This document shows, piece by piece, positions 44,044-53,780 of a stretch of 64,000 bases of DNA (within the stretch, counting starts at the first letter, position 1; every line of letters starts with the position of its first letter). Made by a program: the position numbers and the translations under genes. The notes under the pieces are model-generated. The model was not told the DNA's origin. It saw nothing but the letters and a program-made list of their open reading frames with translations, and did no database searches. Origin of the DNA: an uncultured Lachnospiraceae bacterium (GTDB lineage: Bacteria; Bacillota; Clostridia; Lachnospirales; Lachnospiraceae); NCBI GenBank assembly GCA_944381535.1, contig CALWLN010000214.1:40242-104241 (forward strand), in the 5' to 3' direction.

Positions 44044-45336
44044 TTATGCGCTCTTATGCTCCAGGACAGCGGCCTCCCGCTGCTCCAGGCGCCTGTGCTC
44101 CGTCAAATTGGTCGTCACCTCCGCGGTTCCCTCCACCGCTTCTCTGGTGATGATACATCTCGTAATCCGTTCATCGGAGGGCACCCGGTACATCACATCC
44201 AGCATCACCTGCTCCATGATGGCCCGAAGGCCTCTGGCTCCGGTCTTGCGCTTTAAGGATTTTTCCGCGATGGCGTCAAGGGCCTCCGGCTCAAAGGAAA
44301 GCTCCACGCCGTCCAACTCCATCAGCTTCTTATACTGGCGCGCCAGAGAATTCTTGGGCTCCGTAAGAATCCGAAGAAGGGCCTCCTTATCCAGCGCGTC
44401 CAGGGACACGTTGATGGGCACACGGCCGATGAATTCCGGAATCAGTCCAAATTTTACAAAATCCTGGGGCAATACTTTTTTCAGGATTTCGCCCACATTC
44501 CGATTCTTTTTGTCCAAAATCTCATTGTTGAAGCCGATGATCTTCTCGTCCAGCCTGGACTCGATGATTTTATCCAGACCCTCGAAGGCTCCACCGCAGA
44601 TAAACAGGATATTGGTGGTGTCAATCTGCAAAAGCTCCTGCTGGGGATGTTTTCTGCCTCCCTGGGGAGGCACACTGGCCACGGTTCCCTCCAGAATCTT
44701 CAGAAGGGCCTGCTGCACGCCCTCGCCGGACACGTCCCGGGTGATGGAGGGGTTCTCGGATTTTCTGGTAATCTTGTCAATCTCATCAATGTAAATAATG
44801 CCGTACTGGGCACGCTCAATATCGTAATCGGCCGCCTGGATGATTTTCAGCAGAATGTTCTCCACGTCCTCACCCACATAGCCCGCTTCCGTCAGAGCCG
44901 TGGCGTCCGCAATGGCGAAGGGCACGTTCAGCACCCGGGCCAGAGTCTGGGCCAGCAGGGTTTTCCCGCAGCCGGTGGGCCCAAGCATCAAAATATTGCT
45001 CTTTTGCAGCTCCACGTCCAGGTCCCGTCCCGCCAAAATCCGCTTGTAGTGGTTGTATACCGCCACGGAAAGAACCTTTTTCGCCTCATCCTGGCCGATG
45101 ACATAGTCGTCCAGAAAGGCCTTCATCTCTTCCGGCTTAATCAGATTGATTTCCTCAACATCCTCCTCGGCGGCGGCCTCCTTCTCTAATTCTTCCTCAA
45201 TAATTTCTGCGCAGATATCCACGCAGGCGTCACAGATGTATGCTCCGCCCGGTCCCGCGATCATTTTGTGGACCTGGTTCTCCGTCTTGCCGCAGAAGGA
45301 GCAGCGGATTCTGTCGTCTATATATTTTCCTGCCAT
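44044..45336 (-). CDS. clpX: ATP-dependent Clp protease ATP-binding subunit ClpX
   Basis: N-terminal zinc ribbon CSFCGK...CDAC, Walker A GPTGCGKT and Walker [10 protein letters not shown]. Confidence 0.95.
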   Translation of the reverse strand: MAGKYIDDRIRCSFCGKTENQVHKMIAGPGGAYICDACVDICAEIIEEELEKEAAAEEDVEEINLIKPEEMKAFLDDYVIGQDEAKKVLSVAVYNHYKRILAGRDLDVELQKSNILMLGPTGCGKTLLAQTLARVLNVPFAIADATALTEAGYVGEDVENILLKIIQAADYDIERAQYGIIYIDEIDKITRKSENPSITRDVSGEGVQQALLKILEGTVASVPPQGGRKHPQQELLQIDTTNILFICGGAFEGLDKIIESRLDEKIIGFNNEILDKKNRNVGEILKKVLPQDFVKFGLIPEFIGRVPINVSLDALDKEALLRILTEPKNSLARQYKKLMELDGVELSFEPEALDAIAEKSLKRKTGARGLRAIMEQVMLDVMYRVPSDERITRCIITREAVEGTAEVTTNLTEHRRLEQREAAVLEHKSA

Positions 45337-45415
45337 ACTTTCACCTCACTGATTCATTTAGTCCTCAACGAACATCAGGGACAGTGGCCTTGCGCTCGCT
45401 GTCCCGGTTTTATTC

Positions 45416-46006
45416 TTACTTTTTCTCCTTGTATGCGATGACTTCATCGATAATGCCATATTCCCTGGCTTCCTCCGCAGACATGTAATTGTCGCGTTCC
45501 GTGTCCGCCGCTATCACATCATAGGGCTTCCCGGTATTGGCCGCCAGGATCTCGTTCAGACGCTTCTTTATCTTTAAGATATTCTCCGCCACGATCTGGA
45601 TGTCCGTGGCCTGGCCTTTCGCGCCGCCGGAGGGCTGATGAATCATGATCTCCGCATTGGGCAGGGCAAAGCGTTTCCCCTTTGCGCCGCCAGCCAGCAG
45701 AAACGCGCCCATGCTGGCCGCCATTCCGATACAGATGGTGGACACGTCGCATTTGATATAATTCATGGTGTCGTAAATACCCATGCCGGCGGTCACCGAA
45801 CCGCCCGGGGAATTAATGTACAGCTGGATATCCTTACCAGGATCCTCCGCCTCAAGAAACAGAAGCTGGGCCACCACCAGGCTGGCGGTGGTATCATTGA
45901 CCTCTTCTCCCAGAAAAATAATCCTGTCCTTCAGCAAACGGGAATAAATGTCATAGGAACGCTCTCCCCGGCTGGTTTGTTCTATCACGTAGGGTACTAA
46001 ACTCAT
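45416..46006 (-). CDS. clpP: ATP-dependent Clp protease proteolytic subunit ClpP
   Basis: [25 protein letters not shown], catalytic GMAASMG and MIHQP. The ATG at 46006 sits behind AAGGAG. Confidence 0.95.
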   Translation of the reverse strand: MSLVPYVIEQTSRGERSYDIYSRLLKDRIIFLGEEVNDTTASLVVAQLLFLEAEDPGKDIQLYINSPGGSVTAGMGIYDTMNYIKCDVSTICIGMAASMGAFLLAGGAKGKRFALPNAEIMIHQPSGGAKGQATDIQIVAENILKIKKRLNEILAANTGKPYDVIAADTERDNYMSAEEAREYGIIDEVIAYKEKK

Positions 46007-46037
46007 CTTTGTCACTCCTTCATTCTCAATAAGCTAT

Positions 46038-46074
46038 AAGTTCCATGATTCGACACCGTCTTACCATGGAACTT
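46038..46074 (-). terminator. Hairpin between tig and clpP (partial terminator/attenuator)
   Basis: A 10-bp stem, AAGUUCCAUG...CAUGGAACUU, followed by a weak U-rich tail. Confidence 0.4.
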
Positions 46075-46087
46075 TATCAGATCACTG

Positions 46088-47431
46088 TTATTCTGCTTCC
46101 GCTTCCTCAGCCGCTTCATCCTTTTCCTTCTTGGACTTGGGTTTTGCTCTCTCTTTGACGTTCTCCACCACAAGGGAGGCGGCTTTCTGCACAGCCAGAT
46201 CCTTCTTCATGGATTCCTTCTCCGCGTCGCCCATGTACTCTTTCAGCTTATCTGCCTCCATGCCGTACATCTCAGCCATCTTGGTGATCTCCGCCTCAAG
46301 TTCTTCGTCGGTCACCTCAATGTTCTCTTCCTTGGCAATCTGCTCCAGAACCAGGCTGTTCTGAATGCGCTTTAACGCGTCCGGTCTCATCTGTTCCCGC
46401 ATTTTCTCCACATTCATGCCGGTAAACTGCATATACTGCTCCATAGTCAGTCCCTGCTGGGCCATGCGGCTTGCAAAATTGTCAACCATATTGTCTATCT
46501 GTGTCTCGATCATGGCCTCGGGGATCTCCATCTTGGATTTGTCGACGATCTTCGCGATGGCCTCCTCCTCCTTGTCGCGCCTGGCCGCGTTCTCCTTGCG
46601 CTCCGCAAGCTTGGCCTTTACGCTCTCCCGGTACTCCGCCAGGGTATCGAATTCGGACACGTCCTGGGCGAACTCATCATCCAGCTCAGGAAGCTCCTTG
46701 GCCTTGATCTCGTTGATCTTTACCTTAAATTCCGCAGGCTTTCCTGCAAGCTCTTTTGCGTGGTACTCCTCGGGGAAGGTCACGTTCACCGTGAGCTCAT
46801 CGCCGGTATTCTTACCGATTAACTGCTCCTCAAAGGTATCAATGAAGGAATGGGAGCCGATCACCAGAGAGTGGTTCTCTCCCTTGCCGCCCTCAAAGGA
46901 CTCGCCGTCCACAAAGCCCTCGTAATCGATCACCGCAGTATCGCCCTCCTGAACGGGACGGTCCTCCACGGTGACGGTCCTGGCGTTGTTCTCGCGCTCT
47001 TTGTTGATCTCTGCCTCCACCTCTTCGTCGGTTACGGTGGTATCAATTCTGGTTACCTGCACTCCCATGTACTTGCCCAGGGTCACTTCCGGCTTCACTG
47101 CCACCTCGGCTGTAAAAATAAAGGGCTTGCCTTTCTCAATCTGTTCCACGTCAATGGTGGGACGGGATACGATATCCAGACCGCTCTCATCCACTGCCTT
47201 GGGGTATTCCTGATTGATCAACTGGTTGGCCGCGTCCTCAAAGAAAATCTCCACGCCGTACATCTTCTCAATCATGTGGCGGGGGACCTTACCCTTGCGG
47301 AACCCGGGCAGGCTGATTTTTCCTTTCTGCTTCATATATGCAGACTGAATGGCTTTTTCCAATTCCTCCGCAGGCACTTCGATGGTCAGTTTTGCCATGT
47401 TTTTTTCCAGATTTTCTACCTGTACGCTCAT
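46088..47431 (-). CDS. tig: Trigger factor
   Basis: 447 aa with the ribosome-binding motif GFRKGKVP, an FKBP domain and an acidic C-terminus. Confidence 0.95.
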   Translation of the reverse strand: MSVQVENLEKNMAKLTIEVPAEELEKAIQSAYMKQKGKISLPGFRKGKVPRHMIEKMYGVEIFFEDAANQLINQEYPKAVDESGLDIVSRPTIDVEQIEKGKPFIFTAEVAVKPEVTLGKYMGVQVTRIDTTVTDEEVEAEINKERENNARTVTVEDRPVQEGDTAVIDYEGFVDGESFEGGKGENHSLVIGSHSFIDTFEEQLIGKNTGDELTVNVTFPEEYHAKELAGKPAEFKVKINEIKAKELPELDDEFAQDVSEFDTLAEYRESVKAKLAERKENAARRDKEEEAIAKIVDKSKMEIPEAMIETQIDNMVDNFASRMAQQGLTMEQYMQFTGMNVEKMREQMRPDALKRIQNSLVLEQIAKEENIEVTDEELEAEITKMAEMYGMEADKLKEYMGDAEKESMKKDLAVQKAASLVVENVKERAKPKSKKEKDEAAEEAEAE

Positions 47432-47548
47432 TATAACAATTTTCCTCCTTCAGATATATAAAAATGGGGTAGACGTACTTTCCCATTCTTAATACTTACA
47501 ATCGCTTTGCCATTATAGCACACCTTTTTGGAAAAATCCAGTGTTTTT

Positions 47549-48754
47549 TCAAGATATGCCGCCCAGTCTCATTTTGAAATCCTCATAACCAAAACCGATG
47601 ACCCTTTTCATCTGTCCGTCTGCGCTTCTTTTCCATATATCCGGCAGCGGCATACCGTTGAAGGTGTTGTTTTTACAGGTGGAATAGATTGCCATATCAC
47701 CAAAAAGGAGCATATCGCCAATTTGCAGTTCCTCCCCAAAGCTGTAATCGCCGATCACATCCCCCGCAAGGCAGGTGGGTCCTGCCAGGCGGTAGGAATA
47801 CTTATTTCTATCATCCGCGCCATACAGAGGGGGCGTGTAGGGCATTTCGATGACGTCCGGCATGTGGCAGGCGGCGCTGACATCCAGGATGGCGATACGG
47901 GTGTCACCGTTCTGAACAATATCCAGCACCCGGCTTGCAAGATACCCAGCGTTTAAGGCTACCGCCTCCCCCGGCTCAAGATATACCTGCAGCTTCCACT
48001 TATTTTTCGCATACAAAACAAGCTTTTTAAGACGCAGGGCGTCATAATCCTCCCGTGTGATATGATGACCGCCGCCCATATTCAGCCATTTCATCCGAGG
48101 CAGGATATCGCCGAACTTCTCTTCCACCGCCCGCAATGTTATCTCAAGGGCGTCTGCATTCTGCTCGCAGAGCGTATGAAAATGCAGGCCGTCCAACAGC
48201 GCAACAAGCTCATCGGTCATTTGGCGGTCCCACATCTGCCTTGTGGTACCAAGACGGCTGCCGGCAGCACAGGGATCGTAGATTTCGTGGCCCTCCTGGG
48301 TGGAGCATTCGGGATTGACGCGAAGTCCGACGCTTTTACCCTGCTCTTTTGCCCTGGCGCCGAATTTTTGAAGCTGCCCCGGCGAATTGAACACAATATG
48401 GCCGGCATACTTTAACAGCTCGTCAAATTCTTCCTCACGATAGGCCCCGCAGAACACGTGAACCTCGCCCCCGGGCATTTCTTCGGCGCCGAGCCTTGCC
48501 TCATACAATCCGCTGGCCTCCGTCCCCGAAAGATACCGGGACAGAAGGGGATAAAAATTATAATTTGAAAAGGCCTTCTGTGCCAGCAGGATCTTACAGC
48601 CGGTATCCTTTATGACCGACGCAAGAATCCGGCCGTTTCTGTGAAGTCCCGCCTCGTCTATGATATAGCAGGGGGTCGGCAGATCCGCAAACAGTTCTTC
48701 CGGGTGTTTTTCCCCGAGAGCGCAAAAAGCCGGACGGGCATCTATCCTCCTCAT
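47549..48754 (-). CDS. nspC: Carboxy(nor)spermidine decarboxylase
   Basis: 401-aa fold-type III PLP decarboxylase resembling NspC. There is a 1-nt stop/start overlap with the upstream dehydrogenase. Confidence 0.8.
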   Translation of the reverse strand: MRRIDARPAFCALGEKHPEELFADLPTPCYIIDEAGLHRNGRILASVIKDTGCKILLAQKAFSNYNFYPLLSRYLSGTEASGLYEARLGAEEMPGGEVHVFCGAYREEEFDELLKYAGHIVFNSPGQLQKFGARAKEQGKSVGLRVNPECSTQEGHEIYDPCAAGSRLGTTRQMWDRQMTDELVALLDGLHFHTLCEQNADALEITLRAVEEKFGDILPRMKWLNMGGGHHITREDYDALRLKKLVLYAKNKWKLQVYLEPGEAVALNAGYLASRVLDIVQNGDTRIAILDVSAACHMPDVIEMPYTPPLYGADDRNKYSYRLAGPTCLAGDVIGDYSFGEELQIGDMLLFGDMAIYSTCKNNTFNGMPLPDIWKRSADGQMKRVIGFGYEDFKMRLGGIS

Positions 48755-50013
48755 CAGTCCACCAGCACCGGGTTACGGTTTTCACGGCGGGGCAGACCGT
48801 ATTTGTCAAGAGCGTCAAGGAACGGGTCGGGATCGAATTCCTCAACGGTATAGACGCCTGCCTTGTTCCATTTTCCGGTCAGAAGCATCAGGGCGCCGCA
48901 CATGGCAGGAACGCCGGTGGTGTAGCTGATCGCCTGACTTTCCACCTCACGGTAGCATTCCTGGTGGTCGCATACATTATAAATATAATAGGTCTTATCC
49001 CTGCCGTCCTTTTTTCTTGTGAAAATACAGCCGATATTGGTCTTGCCGTGGGTGCGAGGGCCGAGGCTTGCGGGGTCGGGAAGCAGCGCCTTTAAGAACT
49101 TGATCGGCACGATTTCATGCCCCTCAAGTAGAACCGGCGTTGTGGAAAGCATGCCTACATTTTCCAGACACTTCATATGTGTAAGGTAGCTTTGACCGAA
49201 GGTCATAAAGAAACGGATTCTTTTCACTTCGGGAATGTTCTGTGCCAAGGACTCGATTTCTTCGTGGTGGAGCAGGTACATATCCTTCTGTCCGACACAG
49301 TCAAAATCGTATTCCCGCTTGATGCTCATCGGTGGAATTTCTACCCAATGACCTTCCTCCCAGTAGCTACCGGGCGCGGAAACCTCCCGCAGATTGACTT
49401 CGGGATTGAAGTTTGTGGCGAAAGGATATCCATGGTCGCCGCCGTTGCAGTCCAGGATATCAATGGTGTCGATGGTATCAAATTCGTGCTTTTTCGCGTA
49501 GGCGCAGTAAGCCTGCGTCACACCGGGGTCAAAGCCGCAGCCGAGAAGGGCGGTAAGACCCGCTCTTTCAAATTTCTCACGGTATGCCCACTGCCAGCTG
49601 TAATCGAAGTACGCAGAAAATCCTGCTTCCTCACAGCGTTTTTCGTAAATAGCCCGCCACTTCGGATCATCGGTATCCTCCGGCTCGTAGTTTGCGGTAT
49701 CCATATAATTCACGCCGCAGGCAAGGCAAGCGTCCATAATGGTAAGGTCCTGATACGGAAGGGCAATGTTCATCACAAGGTCGGGCTTGTAGGCGTTTAT
49801 AAGGTCGGTGAGCTGTTTCACATCATCCGCGTCCACCTGGGCAGTGGTAATCTTGGTGGCCGTTTTTCCTTCCAGACTGGCGGCCAGCTCGTCACATTTT
49901 AATTTTGTTCTGCTCGCAACGCAAAGCTCAGTGAAAACCTCGCTTACCTGGCAGCATTTCCGGATAGCTACGTTTGCGACTCCGCCGCAGCCTATTACTA
50001 AAACTCTACTCAT
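48754..50013 (-). CDS. Carboxy(nor)spermidine synthase/dehydrogenase (saccharopine dehydrogenase family)
   Basis: N-terminal Rossmann motif VLVIGCGGVANV. 419 aa, paired with nspC. Confidence 0.8.
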   Translation of the reverse strand: MSRVLVIGCGGVANVAIRKCCQVSEVFTELCVASRTKLKCDELAASLEGKTATKITTAQVDADDVKQLTDLINAYKPDLVMNIALPYQDLTIMDACLACGVNYMDTANYEPEDTDDPKWRAIYEKRCEEAGFSAYFDYSWQWAYREKFERAGLTALLGCGFDPGVTQAYCAYAKKHEFDTIDTIDILDCNGGDHGYPFATNFNPEVNLREVSAPGSYWEEGHWVEIPPMSIKREYDFDCVGQKDMYLLHHEEIESLAQNIPEVKRIRFFMTFGQSYLTHMKCLENVGMLSTTPVLLEGHEIVPIKFLKALLPDPASLGPRTHGKTNIGCIFTRKKDGRDKTYYIYNVCDHQECYREVESQAISYTTGVPAMCGALMLLTGKWNKAGVYTVEEFDPDPFLDALDKYGLPRRENRNPVLVD

Positions 50014-50043
50014 TTCTGATTTCTCCTTCTACAACTGTTTTAC

Positions 50044-50162
50044 TTATTAAGAGCTAATATCCGCTCACGAAGTATCTTTCTTATTTGTTGAGCCTAAAAT
50101 CTGTTCACGAAGGCACCCTTCTTATTTGTTGAGCGCCAAGATCAGCTCGCGAAGTACCTTAC
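50044..50162 (-). repeat. Three tandem, diverging copies (about 37-41 bp) of the speB 3' end
   Basis: Plus-strand units are TTATTTGTTGAGCGCCAAGATCAGCTCGCGAAGTACC (50122-, the real gene end), TTATTTGTTGAGCCTAAAATCTGTTCACGAAGGCACC (50081-) and TTATTAAGAGCTAATATCCGCTCACGAAGTATC (50044-). Confidence 0.7.
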
Positions 50163-50976
50163 AGGCGGTTGCGGTGGAAACACCGCTGTGATCAAGCCCC
50201 GGCGCCAGCTCGTTGATATCCGCGCCCACCACATTTGTTTTGCATACCTGGAGTATCCCGTTAAGTAGCTCCACAAAAGTAACTCCACCCGCTTCGGGAG
50301 TACCTGTCCCCGGGAAGGCGGAAGGGTCAAGACAGTCAAGGTCTATGGTGAGATACACAGGTACACGTAAGCCTTTCAGTTCCTCCACCAGCTCCAAAAG
50401 GCCGTCAAAGCAGAAGGGGCGCATATCCGTATGCTCCTTTGCAAACTGAAATTCTTCCCTTTCGCCGCTTCGGATGCAAAACTGATGAATCCGCCCGTCC
50501 CCCAGCAGATCATGGCATCTTCGCATGACGCAGGCGTGGCTGAGGGTCGCGCCCAGATAATCGTCACGCAAATCGGCATGGGCGTCAAAATGGATGATAT
50601 GCAGATCAGGAAAGCATTTCTCCACCGCCCTTACGGCCCCCAGTGTCACAAGATGCTCTCCGCCCATAAGCAGCGGAAGTTTTCCGTCCTCCAGTATCTC
50701 AGCAGCCCGGGTTTCAATGTCCAGAAGCGCCGTCTCGGCACTGCCAAAGCAAAGCTCCAGGTCGCCGCTGTCGAAAACGGCATAGTCAGTCAAATCCTTG
50801 TCCTGATATGGACTGTAGGTTTCCAGCCCGAAACTCTCATGCCGGATTGCGGAAGAACCAAACCTCGCCCCCGGCCGAAAGCTGGTGGTGGAATCAAAGG
50901 GCGCGCCGAACAGGACGATCTTCGCGTCCTTGTACTCCGCGTCGCACCCGATGAAGGTTTCAATATTTTTCTTCAT
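50122..50976 (-). CDS. speB: Agmatinase
   Basis: Ureohydrolase Mn-binding motifs (HFDAHADL, GGEH, DLDCLDP). 284 aa. Confidence 0.9.
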   Translation of the reverse strand: MKKNIETFIGCDAEYKDAKIVLFGAPFDSTTSFRPGARFGSSAIRHESFGLETYSPYQDKDLTDYAVFDSGDLELCFGSAETALLDIETRAAEILEDGKLPLLMGGEHLVTLGAVRAVEKCFPDLHIIHFDAHADLRDDYLGATLSHACVMRRCHDLLGDGRIHQFCIRSGEREEFQFAKEHTDMRPFCFDGLLELVEELKGLRVPVYLTIDLDCLDPSAFPGTGTPEAGGVTFVELLNGILQVCKTNVVGADINELAPGLDHSGVSTATACKVLRELILALNK

Positions 50977-50977
50977 A

Positions 50978-51829
50978 TCACTCCACCTCCTCCAACATCT
51001 TTTCCAGATACGCAGGCAGGTAAAATGCCCCGATGTGTAATTTGGTCGTGTAATATTTCGTACCCAGATTCAACGACTTCCATTTTTCAGCGTTAAAATC
51101 GTCCACCGGGTGATATTTCTTGCTGGCAAATCCAAAGAGCCAGTAGCCCGCGGCGTAAGTGGGAATATGTGCCTGGTAGACACGGCTGATCGGAAACGTA
51201 TTGACGATCCGTTTGTGGCTGCGCTGCATGGCCTCGGCATCGTGCTTATAGAACGGACTTCCCTGCTGGTTCACCATAATACCGTCCTCATGAAGCGCAT
51301 TATAACAGATCCCGTAAAATTCACGGGTAAAATATCCCTCGGAGGGCCCGAAGGGGTCGTTGGAATCCACAATGATCAGATCATACGCATCCGTACATCT
51401 TCTAATAAAGCGAAGGGCGTTATCGTAAAAAATATGTACCCGGCTGTCATCCAGGCGGCAGGCATTTTCGGGAAGATACATACGGCAGGCCTCAATCACC
51501 TGCGGGTCCATTTCCACAAGGTCAATACGACTGATCGTCTCATATCTCGCCAGTTCTTTTACGACCCCGCCGTCCCCTGCGCCGATGACCAAAACCTCCT
51601 TGATATCCGGGTGCACCGACATGGGAACATGGGTTATCATTTCATCATATATAAATTCATCCCGCTCCGTCAGCATGACATTCCCGTCAAGGGCAAGCAC
51701 TCGGCCGAATTCGGGCGTATCGAAAATATCAATCTGCTGATAGTCGCTCATTTTAGAATACAAATGCCTGTTTACCCGAATGCTGTGCTTTACATCCGGG
51801 GCGTGAAATTCGCTGAACCATAATTCCAA
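50978..51829 (-). CDS. speE: Polyamine aminopropyltransferase (spermidine synthase family)
   Basis: LVIGAGDGGVVKE and IIVDSNDPFGPSE are SpeE motifs. 283 aa. Confidence 0.9.
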   Translation of the reverse strand: MELWFSEFHAPDVKHSIRVNRHLYSKMSDYQQIDIFDTPEFGRVLALDGNVMLTERDEFIYDEMITHVPMSVHPDIKEVLVIGAGDGGVVKELARYETISRIDLVEMDPQVIEACRMYLPENACRLDDSRVHIFYDNALRFIRRCTDAYDLIIVDSNDPFGPSEGYFTREFYGICYNALHEDGIMVNQQGSPFYKHDAEAMQRSHKRIVNTFPISRVYQAHIPTYAAGYWLFGFASKKYHPVDDFNAEKWKSLNLGTKYYTTKLHIGAFYLPAYLEKMLEEVE

Positions 51830-51844
51830 TGCTGTAAAACCTCC

Positions 51845-53302
51845 TCACTGCAAAACGTTGATATTCCGTATTTCCGAATCTTCGGGACCAGTCATGGAGC
51901 ATCCTTTGATTTTTGCGTATTCGATATAATCAAGGATTTCCGCCGTAATACGCTCCCCCGGCGCCAGGATGGGAATCCCAGGCGGATAGCACATCACAAA
52001 CTCACTGCAGACACAGCCCACGCTCTCTCTCAGCGGAACGCTCTTTTTTGGAGCATAAAAGGCCTCCTGGGGGCTGGTTACCACCTCAGGGTCGATATAT
52101 TCCTGGCTTAGCAGGCCGCTGCCGTCGGCGCGATATCTGCGCCGTATTTCCGCAAGGGCGCTCACCAGCCGCTCCAGCTCTTGTGGGCGGTCGCCTATGG
52201 ACAGATACGCAAGAATATTTCCGATATCGCCAAATTCGATCTGAATATCGTATTCGTCCCGTAGAATATCGTAAACCTCAATTCCGGCAAGACCGATATC
52301 CCTGGTATGTACGCTGAGCTTGGTCGGATCAAAATCAAAAATGGAATTTCCGTTTATCAGCTCACGACCAAAAGCATAATAGCCGCCCACCGCATTGATC
52401 TCCTCACGGGCATAATCCGCCATCTCTATCACCTTGGCAAACACTGCTTTTCCCCGCAGGGCCAGATTGCGGCGGCTGATATCCAGACTTGACATCAAAA
52501 GATAGCTGCCGGAGGTGGTCTGTGTCAGATTTATGATCTGCCTCACATGTCCTTCGCTGACATTGGGTCCTATGAGCAGAAGGCTGGACTGGGTCAGACT
52601 ACCGCCGCTTTTATGCATGGATACCGCAGCCATATCGGCGCCTGCCGCCATTGCGGAAACGGGCATATGATCCCCGAAATAAAAATGTGTGCCATGAGCC
52701 TCGTCCGCAAGGCAGACCATTCCTGCCTCGTGGGCCATTTTTACAATGGCTCTTATATCACTGCAGATACCGTAATAAGTCGGATTGTTGACAAGCACCG
52801 CCACTGCGTCGGGATTCTCCTTTATGGCCTTTGCCACCTGTTCCCGCCGCATCCCCAGAGAAATCCCAAGCCTTTGGTCCACCTCAGGATTGACATAGAC
52901 AGGCACCGCGCCGCAGAGCACCAACGCATTGATCACACTCCGGTGTACATTGCGGGGCAGGATGATCTTATCTCCCCGTTTACAGGTAGATAACACCATG
53001 CTTTGCACGGAGCTTGTGGTCCCGCCCACCATCAGAAAGGCGTGGGCCGCTCCGAAAGCGTCGGCCGCAAGCTCCTCCGCCTCGTGTATGACGGATATCG
53101 GATGGCAGAGATTGTCCAGGGGTTTCATACTGTTGACATCAATGCCCACACACTTTTCCCCCAGAAAAGCGGTAAGCTCGGGATTGCCCCGGCCATGCTT
53201 GTGCCCCGGTACATCAAAGGGCACCACCCGCATCTGGCGAAAGGTTTGAAGCGCCTCATAGATGGGGGCGCGGTTTTGATCAAGTATTCTTTTTTCTTCC
53301 AT
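51845..53302 (-). CDS. speA: Orn/Lys/Arg decarboxylase family protein (Bacillus SpeA-type arginine decarboxylase)
   Basis: Fold-type I OKR decarboxylase major domain with the PLP lysine motif SMHKSGGSLTQSS. Start reset to 53302 (MEEKRILDQ) behind GAGGTG. Confidence 0.8.
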   Translation of the reverse strand: MEEKRILDQNRAPIYEALQTFRQMRVVPFDVPGHKHGRGNPELTAFLGEKCVGIDVNSMKPLDNLCHPISVIHEAEELAADAFGAAHAFLMVGGTTSSVQSMVLSTCKRGDKIILPRNVHRSVINALVLCGAVPVYVNPEVDQRLGISLGMRREQVAKAIKENPDAVAVLVNNPTYYGICSDIRAIVKMAHEAGMVCLADEAHGTHFYFGDHMPVSAMAAGADMAAVSMHKSGGSLTQSSLLLIGPNVSEGHVRQIINLTQTTSGSYLLMSSLDISRRNLALRGKAVFAKVIEMADYAREEINAVGGYYAFGRELINGNSIFDFDPTKLSVHTRDIGLAGIEVYDILRDEYDIQIEFGDIGNILAYLSIGDRPQELERLVSALAEIRRRYRADGSGLLSQEYIDPEVVTSPQEAFYAPKKSVPLRESVGCVCSEFVMCYPPGIPILAPGERITAEILDYIEYAKIKGCSMTGPEDSEIRNINVLQ

Positions 53303-53351
53303 TTCATTCACACCTCGTAAAAAGAATCCTGCCGGTCGGACTTCCCTATAG

Positions 53352-53386
53352 AAAAAACGCAAGCTGTGATTACACAACCTGCGTTT
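53352..53386 (-). terminator. Intrinsic terminator at the end of the speA leader
   Basis: RNA: AACGCAGGUUGUGUAAUCACAGCUUGCGUU followed by U6. It lies 50-85 nt upstream of the speA ATG. Confidence 0.7.
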
Positions 53387-53717
53387 CTATCCTCATCAAA
53401 GCAGAAGCTTCAAAAGCTATAAGCGGCTGCCGCAGAACAAACAATCGGTTTGCCTGTCATGCCGAAGCGGATAAAGGGCATTTAGAGTCTCTAGCAATAA
53501 TACTTTTCTACTCTTTATTGACCATTTCACAAGTCTGCGTAATCTACGCATTTCGGTTATAAAGTAACCAACTTATAAAACTGAGCTTTTAACTCAATCA
53601 ATAAGGCGGTAAACCGCCAATCGGCAGTGGACCCGGCTGTCCGTATGGCCTTAACTCCCAGGGGAGTGGTCCGAAGTAATCGCTTGGAAGACTCTGTTGC
53701 CAAATTCATTCCATGTC
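53387..53717 (-). ncRNA. Long structured 5' leader of the polyamine operon; class not recognised
   Basis: It lies between a near-consensus promoter and the terminator. It has multiple local hairpins (ACUCCC/GGGAGU, GGCGG/CCGCC, UGAGUU/AGCUCA, GGUUA/UAACC, UGCGUA/UACGCA). There is no credible ORF. Confidence 0.5.
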
Positions 53718-53724
53718 GAGATAC

Positions 53725-53753
53725 ATTATAAGAGTAAGTATCCTTTCCGTCAA
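53725..53753 (-). promoter_or_regulatory. Sigma-A promoter of the speA leader
   Basis: TTGACG (53748-53753), a 17-nt spacer, then TATAAT (53725-53730) on the minus strand. Confidence 0.7.
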
Positions 53754-53780
53754 GGAGTTTTCGAAAATTTTACAAGTTTG

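Noticed and set aside
53325-53350. AGGGAAGUCCGACCGG, resembling the RNase P RNA CR-I (GAGGAAAGUCC)
   Set aside because: It lies after the terminator at the 3' end of the region, which is the wrong position for CR-I. None of the other RNase P conserved regions are present.
53417-53551. 44-codon Arg-rich ORF (MRRLRRLVKW...) inside the speA leader, considered as a possible arginine-sensing leader peptide
   Set aside because: There is no Shine-Dalgarno sequence. The ATG and the Arg codons are generated by the palindrome UGCGUAGAUUACGCA, so the start would be buried in a hairpin. I keep it only as a remote alternative.
53615-53645. GGGUCCACUGCC, resembling the cobalamin-riboswitch B12 box
   Set aside because: The rest of the cobalamin core (AAUAGGGAA, GGUG..AA.UCC) is absent, and the operon has no B12 link.
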